DNA of 64,000 bases, taken from assembly GCA_015232365.1 (NCBI GenBank), contig JADFZU010000007.1:8634-72633 (forward strand). Direction: 5' to 3'. A model generated the notes under the pieces. It had not been told where the DNA came from. It saw only the letters and a program-made list of their open reading frames with translations, and did no database searches. The position numbers and the translations under genes were made by a program. How positions within the stretch are numbered: position 1 is the stretch's first letter; the number at the start of each line of letters is the position of its first letter. The stretch comes from Magnetococcales bacterium. Its GTDB lineage: Bacteria; Pseudomonadota; Magnetococcia; Magnetococcales; JADFYX01. Of this stretch, positions 56,913 through 64,000 are shown piece after piece.

Positions 56913-57383
56913 TTGGCTGTTGAGATTGAACGTAAATTTTTACTTAAAAATAATGGCTGGCGTGGACTTGGTACAGGAACCGTTTACAGACAAGGGTTTT
57001 TGTCTACCGTTAAAGAGAGGGTGGTCAGGATTAGAATTGCCGGAGAGAGAGCTACTTTAACCATCAAAGGTGCTAACAACGGCATATCCCGCCAAGAGTA
57101 TGATTATGAAATACCCATGGATGATGCAGAAGATATGCTGAACAATCTCTGTGAAAAACCGATAATAGAAAAAACTCGCTATGTTATTAAACATGATGAA
57201 AACACTTGGGAAGTTGATGAGTTTGAAGGAGAGAACAAAGGGCTGATTATAGCTGAAGTTGAGCTAACTGATGCCGCACAAACCTTCACCATACCGGACT
57301 GGATAGGGGATGATGTCTCAGATGACAACCGCTATTACAACTCTAACCTAATTAAAAACCCCTACTGCAAATGGGCAGAATAA
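56913..57383 (+). CDS. CYTH-domain protein (triphosphate tunnel metalloenzyme)
   Basis: EIERKFLL carries the ExExK signature at the N-terminus. I prefer the TTG at 56913, which is preceded by GGAG 8 nt upstream; the track's 56820 start adds a hydrophobic 31-aa extension that runs back almost to the upstream terminator. Confidence 0.8.
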   Translation: MAVEIERKFLLKNNGWRGLGTGTVYRQGFLSTVKERVVRIRIAGERATLTIKGANNGISRQEYDYEIPMDDAEDMLNNLCEKPIIEKTRYVIKHDENTWEVDEFEGENKGLIIAEVELTDAAQTFTIPDWIGDDVSDDNRYYNSNLIKNPYCKWAE

Positions 57384-57392
57384 GCAAAGTTT

Positions 57393-58247
57393 ATGGCTGT
57401 TTATGCAATAGGCGACCTTCACGGCTGCTTTGAAGAGTTAAAGGCCCTGCTAAGAAAAATTGCTTTCAACCCAAAAAATGACAAACTCTGGTTTGTTGGC
57501 GACCTACTCAGCCGAGGGCCTGACTCTCTGGGCTGTTTGCGTTTTATTCGCAACCTTGGCGACAGGGCTGTCGCAACCATGGGCAACCATGAGGTGAGGG
57601 CTATTTTGGGGCTGAGCGGTAATTATGACAAAGACTTTTCCGCATATATGACCTTTTTTAACGATATACCAGATCGGGATGAACTATATAAATGGCTCCG
57701 CTCACTACCGTTGGTACATCAAGATCCAGAACTGGGAATCACCATGATTCATGCTGGTCTCCCCCCAAACTGGACCATTGCCGATGCCGTAGTCCGTTCT
57801 AATAAATTGGCAAAAATTTTTGCAGACCACGAACAGACCAAAAAGTTTCTTGCCCACCCGCTGCCCAAACCAACCAACAATGAACCAGACCATGACGACG
57901 AGATCCCCTGGCTCAAATTTGCCCTGGCAACATTAACAAGAATTCGCTACTGCACCAAAGATGGAGTGCTTATCTCCCCAAAAGAGGTGCGGACATCCGG
58001 CCTGCTTGATAAGACCGGACACCCCCCTAAAGACTCCCCATACCAGGCCTGGCACCAACACCGCTCCTGGCAACCCAACGAGAAGATTGTTTATGGCCAC
58101 TGGGCAATGGCTGGTTTGACAATTGGTCACCATAGCTTAGGAATAGACTCAGGGGCAGTCTATGGCGGAAAATTAACCGCCATACAGCTTGATCACCCTG
58201 AACACCCCATAACCCAGGTAGATTCTGGAACTTACTTAGTTATGTGA
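57393..58247 (+). CDS. apaH: Bis(5'-nucleosyl)-tetraphosphatase, symmetrical
   Basis: 284 aa. AIGDLHGCFEEL, FVGDLLSRGPDS, GNHE and HAGL are calcineurin-like phosphoesterase motifs in the ApaH arrangement. Confidence 0.9.
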   Translation: MAVYAIGDLHGCFEELKALLRKIAFNPKNDKLWFVGDLLSRGPDSLGCLRFIRNLGDRAVATMGNHEVRAILGLSGNYDKDFSAYMTFFNDIPDRDELYKWLRSLPLVHQDPELGITMIHAGLPPNWTIADAVVRSNKLAKIFADHEQTKKFLAHPLPKPTNNEPDHDDEIPWLKFALATLTRIRYCTKDGVLISPKEVRTSGLLDKTGHPPKDSPYQAWHQHRSWQPNEKIVYGHWAMAGLTIGHHSLGIDSGAVYGGKLTAIQLDHPEHPITQVDSGTYLVM

Positions 58248-58515
58248 CCTTAACGAAAATCAGAAAAATATCATCAGGTTATAATTACATAGTGCTGTTT
58301 AGCATTTTTTTTACAAAACAAAAAAGCAGTGGCAAAACCAACTCTCCTTCACGTGGAACTTCTCGCTCGACAAAGCTATATATTTAAGATATACAGTATA
58401 GTAAGGCTATGAATAATATCTAAACTAAATATCGAGATTAACAATTAATCAATCAGAAAAATCTTGCCCAATTAATCTAGATGACTGTCGCCAGTGCTCT
58501 ACTAATGTAGTACGC

Positions 58516-59382
58516 ATGGACTTTGGTATCGCCTGCTTCCTGACAGCATTCTGCTTTTTTATGGGTTTTATAACCGGTAGTGCAGGACTCCACGCTATGG
58601 CTCTGCAAGAGCTAGCTGATATTGTCGGCAAAGGTGTGAACTGGCTAAGTGTTATAGCAGCAAAGAAACCACCAACTCCACGTTTTCCCTACGGCTATGG
58701 CAAGCTCCAGTTTCTATCAGCTCTGGTGATGGGGTCTATGCTCTCCTTTGGAGCAGCATCTTTCATTTTTTATAATGTCAACCACATTAGCAACGAACTG
58801 GTGGAAGCCCCGAGCCCGTTTTCTATAATTGCGGCCATTTTAGTAGGTTTAACTGGCGAGATTACCTACCGGGTTATGGACTGCGTTGGAAACAGAAACA
58901 ATAACCTGGCAATTCTTGCAGCAGCAACAGACAACAGACTGGATGCCCTGTCAGCTTTAATGGTGCTTGTCGGTGCTATACTAGCCAATATGGGCTGGTT
59001 TGCCGCAGACCATCTGGCAGCATTAGCAGTTGCCCTATTGGTAATTAGGGTTGGTTTGCACATTATGACCGAAGCCATCCACGGCCTATTGGATATCGGA
59101 CCACCAGATGAGATTATGGCCCTTGTTAGGGCAACCTGCATAAATGTTGAAGTAGTTGACTCAATAAAAAATATCAGAGGCCGACGTCTAGGAGACTCTT
59201 ATGAGTTTGATGTCTCGCTATTTGTTTCAGGTGATCTGACAGTTTATGAAACTGCTGAAGTTAAAGCCTTGGTCTCCGATAAGATATACAACGCGGTCCG
59301 ACATACAGAACATATCCACATATCTTTATACCCGATGCTACAAAACGCCACTTCTGCTTTAGAGAAAAAAACTACTACTTAA
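58516..59382 (+). CDS. Cation diffusion facilitator (CDF) family transporter, divergent
   Basis: 288 aa. It has six hydrophobic segments, a FPYGYGKLQF loop after TM2, and a C-terminal alpha/beta domain (IRGRRLGDSYEFDVSLFV...). The TM2 region ELADIVGKGVN lacks the usual H/D-x3-D. Confidence 0.8.
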   Translation: MDFGIACFLTAFCFFMGFITGSAGLHAMALQELADIVGKGVNWLSVIAAKKPPTPRFPYGYGKLQFLSALVMGSMLSFGAASFIFYNVNHISNELVEAPSPFSIIAAILVGLTGEITYRVMDCVGNRNNNLAILAAATDNRLDALSALMVLVGAILANMGWFAADHLAALAVALLVIRVGLHIMTEAIHGLLDIGPPDEIMALVRATCINVEVVDSIKNIRGRRLGDSYEFDVSLFVSGDLTVYETAEVKALVSDKIYNAVRHTEHIHISLYPMLQNATSALEKKTTT

Positions 59383-59857
59383 CCTTGAACAGTTCTTGGC
59401 GGGCCTGCTCTAAAGTTGCCATATCTATACGCAATTTTTTGCCAAGTTCACGGGTAGCTGCTCTCAATGGGTCCAACTTCCCCCGGAAAGCTTCAATTAC
59501 ATCCTGACGGGCCTTTTTTTCACTCTCTTTTCGCTCTTTTGCTTTAGTAACAGCATGTAAAACCTGTTTACGTCGCCCTTCAAGCAGCTCACGGTAACGC
59601 TTACTCTCTACCAAAAAATGTTCCCGTGTTACCTCAACCTTTGATGACATCCTCTGCACCTTATCAATCCAATAACTCTCAGGAGCGATATGGCGTTTAA
59701 AGGTCTGCCATTTGCTGTCATCGGCAAATATTTTTGGGTCCAAATCTGGATAGCTTGAGTCAGAACAGCCCCCAAGCAGAGTAAAAAGCAGTATAGCCAG
59801 CAACCATGACCGTCTGCTTTTTGGACTATGGATCAACTTACCGGGTAGCATATTCAT
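59375..59857 (-). CDS. Hypothetical lipoprotein with coiled-coil C-terminus
   Basis: 160 aa. Leader plus lipobox (LLAILLFTLLGGCSDS). It overlaps the upstream sigma-54 activator gene by 20 nt. Confidence 0.55.
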   Translation of the reverse strand: MNMLPGKLIHSPKSRRSWLLAILLFTLLGGCSDSSYPDLDPKIFADDSKWQTFKRHIAPESYWIDKVQRMSSKVEVTREHFLVESKRYRELLEGRRKQVLHAVTKAKERKESEKKARQDVIEAFRGKLDPLRAATRELGKKLRIDMATLEQARQELFKVK

Positions 59858-61214
59858 TGAGTTTATTTCTAAGGGTTCTAATAGAGATCCCTAATAGTTC
59901 GGCAGCCCTGGTCCGGTTGCCATTAACCTCGTTCAATGTACGATGAATCAAAATCTCCTCCATTCGCCGCACCGTAGTACCAACTGGAAGTCTAATATCC
60001 TCTTCATCACCAACAAGATTCTCGCCAAAATCACCACCAATATCTGAACCTGAACTTTGACCACCATCAAAGGAGGCAGGAAGCTCGATCATTAAATCTT
60101 CAGGGCCAACCTCTGTACCTTCTGCCATCAATAACGCCCGTTGAATGGCATTTTCCAGCTCACGAACGTTACCTGGCCAGCTATAAGATCTAAGAGCAGC
60201 TAAGGCAGATTTGGAGAAGGAGATATCGTTTCTCGCCAACTCAGCAACAAATCTAATCCGAAAGCTTTCTGCTAGCAAGCGAACATCGTCTGCTCTCTCA
60301 CGTAGAGGTGGAAGCTGTACCGGGAAGACATTGAGACGATAGTAAAGATCTTCACGAAATTTACCCTCCAGGGCATAACTTTTCAGATCCCGGTTGGTTG
60401 AGGCAACCACACGAACATCAAGAGATATCGCAGCCTTACCGCCAACTGGGTCAACCTCTCTCTCTTGGAGAACCCGCAACATTTTCGCCTGAAGATTTAG
60501 GGACATCTCAGATATTTCGTCAAGAAATATTGTTCCACCATTTGCCTGCAAAAATTTACCTTTACGGTCAGCGGTTGCTCCGGTAAAAGCCCCTTTGCTA
60601 TGACCAAACAGCTCCGACTCCAGCAAGTTTTCCGGTAGAGCCGCACAGTTAATGGCAATAAAAGGACCTGTAGAGCGGTCAGATGTTTGATGAACAAACC
60701 TGGCAATCAACTCCTTACCAGTACCGCTCTCACCCTGCACCAAAACTGATGCCTGAGAGCGGGCTACCCGGCGGACCTGACTTAAAAGCCGCAACATTCC
60801 ATCATCATTGGTTATGATCTTCCGGCCCCGGCCCAGTTCAGGGTCAAAAAACTGGCTACAGTAATTTTGGATTATTGATTTAAGCTTGGTATCATCAATC
60901 GGAAGATGCAGAAAATCTGCAGCACCAAGACTGATCGCCTCTCTTGCTTCAGTAAGGTTGCCTTTTACCGCTGCGGCCAGAATTGGCATACCTCGAAACA
61001 GAAAGTTCAACTCTCGAATCAACTCCAGCCCGTCGCCAACCCCCTCAAGATCAACAATCACCATACCTACTTGTGGCGTGGCAATATATTTTTTTGCCTC
61101 CGCAACTTTGTCCTGCAGAACAGCAGTTGCACCTAACATCTTGATTTGTGACACAAGGGAGCTCAGTTGAGCTGTAGAGCTACCAATTATTACAATCTCA
61201 TTGCGTTGTGACAT
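59838..61214 (-). CDS. Sigma-54-dependent transcriptional activator (NtrC family) with degenerate receiver domain
   Basis: 458 aa. AAA+ motifs GESGTGKELIA, ESELFGH, GAFTGA and GNVRELENAI. C-terminal Fis-type HTH AAELLGISIRTLRNKL. The N-terminal receiver-like fold lacks the acidic pair (IIGSS) and the conserved Lys (FLHLP). Confidence 0.9.
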   Translation of the reverse strand: MSQRNEIVIIGSSTAQLSSLVSQIKMLGATAVLQDKVAEAKKYIATPQVGMVIVDLEGVGDGLELIRELNFLFRGMPILAAAVKGNLTEAREAISLGAADFLHLPIDDTKLKSIIQNYCSQFFDPELGRGRKIITNDDGMLRLLSQVRRVARSQASVLVQGESGTGKELIARFVHQTSDRSTGPFIAINCAALPENLLESELFGHSKGAFTGATADRKGKFLQANGGTIFLDEISEMSLNLQAKMLRVLQEREVDPVGGKAAISLDVRVVASTNRDLKSYALEGKFREDLYYRLNVFPVQLPPLRERADDVRLLAESFRIRFVAELARNDISFSKSALAALRSYSWPGNVRELENAIQRALLMAEGTEVGPEDLMIELPASFDGGQSSGSDIGGDFGENLVGDEEDIRLPVGTTVRRMEEILIHRTLNEVNGNRTRAAELLGISIRTLRNKLNEYATR

Positions 61215-61220
61215 AAGTAC

Positions 61221-64000
61221 CTATTTTCCTATATCCATTGCCATCTGCAGTTGGGCGGCATTTTCAGTTGAAACTTTTGCCCAAGCTGTTTCAGGGGCCA
61301 ACTCTGCAGCTTTAAGATATTTCTCTTTAGCCCCAGGAAAATCACCCTTTCTTTGCAAAATATCGCCAATTCTCACCAAGGCCAAAGCTTGGACCTCTTT
61401 TTCATTAGCCTCTTCGGCCACTCTCTGATATGTACTCAAGGCTTTATCATCGCCTTTCCATTTTTGTAGAATGGTTCCATACCAGTAATAGAGTTTACCA
61501 TCTCCGAGAGGTTTTTGGAAAAAAAGATCTTCTAAATGGCGAACTGTTTGCGGAAAACGTCCCCGACCCGCCTCTGCTTTTGCTAATAACCGGAGCCGTT
61601 TTTCCCTTCCAGCCTCATTCAGAACATCTGCAGGCAGCCTCTCCAAAAGAATTAAAACACTCTCCCAATCTTTAAGCTCAACCAGCCTCTCACTCTCATC
61701 AAGACGGACCCTGGCAACCGCTGGGGAAACTTTACTACCAATTTCAGATATTACCGGCAGACCAAGATAGGAGCCTTCAACAATAGCTTTGCCCAACTTT
61801 ATCAATGCTGGAGCTGGAGCCTCCTCAATACCTTCTATAAGAGGTAAAGCTCCCTCAGCAGCCCCCATACGCATCAACGCTTCAGCCAGATGGATCCTAG
61901 GTTTTATATATTTTGGATTACGCCGCCAGTTTTCACCATAAACCTCGGCTAATAGAGCAGAAAACTCCGGCCTGCCCTCCTCCAACGCCATCTCCATACC
62001 TTCAACCAGATACTTTTTCCGCAGTCGGTTAGCCCTTCTAACCACAGCAGAGCGTGAGGTAAGTGTCAGTAGTTCATTCAGGGTGTTCAACGCCTCAAAA
62101 TGCCGGGCAGACTGACCAAGAAGGTCTGCACTTGATAGTTGTGCTTCCGCTAAGGCATCCGGCATCGCAATGTTTTTAATCAGCTCGTCCAGCTTTTTGA
62201 TTTTTGAGTCTACGTCCAGATTTTCATTTAGAGATAGCTCAAATATTTTACCCCATACTGCAGCATCAGAGGCAATATGGATCTTGCTCAAACGCTCAAA
62301 AAGCTGTTTGGTCTCTTTTAAACGGGCTTCAGACTCCTTTGTATCTCCTGCTGCTTTAGCAATTTTTGATAGCTGATGGTTGGACTCAGCCGCACGCAAC
62401 AACGCCCAGGGAATCATTCGGTCTTTGGATGGGTAGTTCTCCAAAAGTGTCGCGTAGTGACGAACTGCATCTGTATAGCGCGTGTACTTATAGTACATAT
62501 CAGCCATACCCATGATGCGGTCTGGGTTTTTATTCAAAAATGCCAACTGCTCCTTGGTAATATTATCAAGAATCTCCAAGGTCTTGTCCATTTCACCATC
62601 ATTATCACTCAGCTCAGCCAGCAAAAATTGTGCTTCTGCACTGAAAGGCCCCTTATTCCTTGTCACCTCAATTATTTTCTTTAAATAACCGGTAGCAGCA
62701 TCATGGTTGGTCCGGGACGAAACTTGGGAGCGAGCCAGACCAATTGCGGTACGGCCACGTTCCAACCAGACTTCTGGCAACCCTTTAGGCAGGTTGGGGT
62801 CCCACATAATATTAGCGGCACTACCATACAGCATGGCATCGTTATAGAGTTTTAGCTGCAACAAACGGTAGTTGGAGTAGTCAGAGTTATTAGGATGCCT
62901 GGCCATTGCCGCTTCCAGTTCGGTAAGCACCCAGCCCGGTTTCCAGTCCATCTTGTTGGCAAGGTTTACCTTATAAAAATCGATTATCTCCCGGTTTTCG
63001 GTATTGGGGAAAATTTTTAGCAGGTTATCAAGAAGGCCACGGGCCTTGGCAAAGTCACGGGCCTCCTCAGCATCTTTAGCAGCCTCCATAAAATGCTCTT
63101 CATTAACAATTTGATCAGCTATCTCAATAGAGACCCCTGAAGGGATAAACAGCGGCGTAAGCCTGTTTAAAGGCCAGGGGTTACCCTCATCCATCTGCCT
63201 CCTGCGCTGCTGCATGATCCGGCCAATATCGTCACCCCGTCCCATACCATTTTTTTGCACAACCTCAACAATAAACAGTCCTATTTTCGATCCACGGTGA
63301 AAACGGACATTCTGTGCATTATCGTGTAGAATAATTTCCAACTCAACCTGGCCACGGGGGAACTCATATGCAAGAATTTTTTCAACCAAACCACCAGGAA
63401 CAACATCTCGCCAGCTAGATCCTAACTGGGCAGAACGCCAATGCAGCCCTACCAGATTGCTCTCTTTATCGACATTACTCTCAACAAAGCCGTTTCCTGT
63501 ATGGGCAAAAACAATCAATGTGCCATCACGCCCAACCAATACCTTGCCCTCAAGAAGCTTGGCTGGTCCTGTCTGGGTAGGTTTTTCCAGCTTCTCTATT
63601 TCCAAGCGGTATAGTGACCCCTTGATAACATCATCCTTACCTATGGAGTCCCGAAAATCGAGAAGCGGTTCTTTCAAATCAATGATGATACTCAACCCCA
63701 TTTTGCCACCAGGAATATCATTGACCACAAAACTTTTAATCCAACGGGACCGTTTGGTATTTAGAGATGTAGATGGCAGAGCCAGAAGACCGAAAACAGT
63801 CAACTCCAACTTTTTCTCTTCCAGCATTTTAACTCTAGGTCTGGCAGCACCGGGTGGCACATAAAATGAGAGAACCTCACGTTTCCCCATCTCTTCAGTG
63901 GCATATTTCAGTTCAGAGAAAAAAGCTTCCGCTCTGTCGGGAAGGGCAAGCACCAACAGTAAAGCAACCAAAATCCAACTGGCTTTACCGGCTTTAGATG
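61221..64000 (-). CDS. Large secreted protein: two AMIN-like beta domains + extensive TPR-like helical repeats; 5' end probably outside window
   Basis: More than 916 aa. The frame stays open to base 64000 (…SKAGKASWILVALLLVLALPDRAEA is a signal peptide), so the TTG at 63971 is probably internal. The N-terminal ~250 aa are beta-rich (LELTVFGLL, LSIIIDL, VELEIILH). The rest is helical with TPR-like pairs. Confidence 0.75.
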   Translation of the reverse strand, partial: SKAGKASWILVALLLVLALPDRAEAFFSELKYATEEMGKREVLSFYVPPGAARPRVKMLEEKKLELTVFGLLALPSTSLNTKRSRWIKSFVVNDIPGGKMGLSIIIDLKEPLLDFRDSIGKDDVIKGSLYRLEIEKLEKPTQTGPAKLLEGKVLVGRDGTLIVFAHTGNGFVESNVDKESNLVGLHWRSAQLGSSWRDVVPGGLVEKILAYEFPRGQVELEIILHDNAQNVRFHRGSKIGLFIVEVVQKNGMGRGDDIGRIMQQRRRQMDEGNPWPLNRLTPLFIPSGVSIEIADQIVNEEHFMEAAKDAEEARDFAKARGLLDNLLKIFPNTENREIIDFYKVNLANKMDWKPGWVLTELEAAMARHPNNSDYSNYRLLQLKLYNDAMLYGSAANIMWDPNLPKGLPEVWLERGRTAIGLARSQVSSRTNHDAATGYLKKIIEVTRNKGPFSAEAQFLLAELSDNDGEMDKTLEILDNITKEQLAFLNKNPDRIMGMADMYYKYTRYTDAVRHYATLLENYPSKDRMIPWALLRAAESNHQLSKIAKAAGDTKESEARLKETKQLFERLSKIHIASDAAVWGKIFELSLNENLDVDSKIKKLDELIKNIAMPDALAEAQLSSADLLGQSARHFEALNTLNELLTLTSRSAVVRRANRLRKKYLVEGMEMALEEGRPEFSALLAEVYGENWRRNPKYIKPRIHLAEALMRMGAAEGALPLIEGIEEAPAPALIKLGKAIVEGSYLGLPVISEIGSKVSPAVARVRLDESERLVELKDWESVLILLERLPADVLNEAGREKRLRLLAKAEAGRGRFPQTVRHLEDLFFQKPLGDGKLYYWYGTILQKWKGDDKALSTYQRVAEEANEKEVQALALVRIGDILQRKGDFPGAKEKYLKAAELAPETAWAKVSTENAAQLQMAMDIGK

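Noticed and set aside
58516-59382. CDF transporter as a magnetosome MamB/MamM homologue.
   Set aside because: No other magnetosome-type genes (mamA/K/I/L/Q/E/O-like) are visible in the window. The divergence of the TM2 site alone is not evidence.

Overview
This is a 64-kb stretch of a Gram-negative, proteobacterium-like chromosome. All calls come from by-eye motif recognition on the supplied ORF track and raw sequence; no database search was run. I count about 60 protein genes and one tRNA-Leu(UAG). I found no rRNA, CRISPR array, transposase or integrase. The housekeeping backbone is: cheA (3' end)-cheW-cheB; coaBC-dut; cysK; a DEAD-box helicase; smpB; two c2-type cytochrome genes; dapA; folK-folB; purA; metX-metW-hpt-gph-hisG; oadGAB; hpf; dinG; tsaB-rimI; and apaH. 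Several accessory or unusual parts are interspersed. My best candidates for something undescribed are: (1) 19419-22483, a tightly coupled operon of a Cys-less Rrf2 regulator, two complementary-degenerate ThiF/MoeB E1-like proteins flanking CysK, and a TusA-like protein, with no room for a ubiquitin-like sulfur carrier. (2) 26822-32706, an AT-rich block abutting tRNA-Leu that encodes a TPR + GT41(SPY/OGT-like) + sulfotransferase triple fusion, convergent with a B12-binding radical SAM enzyme. (3) 2046-8234, a four-receiver hybrid kinase/HPt abutted to a response regulator whose output is an MBL-fold hydrolase plus two cNMP-binding-like domains. Other notable parts: an orphan Mor-activator/S24-repressor module with small cargo genes (10801-13090); a TolC-like lipoprotein + MORN/coiled-coil/TPR pair (13111-17421); a MITE-like intergenic repeat family with three occurrences (34315, 37121, 54844); a truncated MshI/MshJ-like pilus mini-cluster followed by about 0.7 kb of decayed DNA (41757-44841); an orphan helical-repeat protein (38983-40212); and an operon for a giant TPR protein with a sigma-54 activator carrying a degenerate receiver (59375-64000, running off the window).
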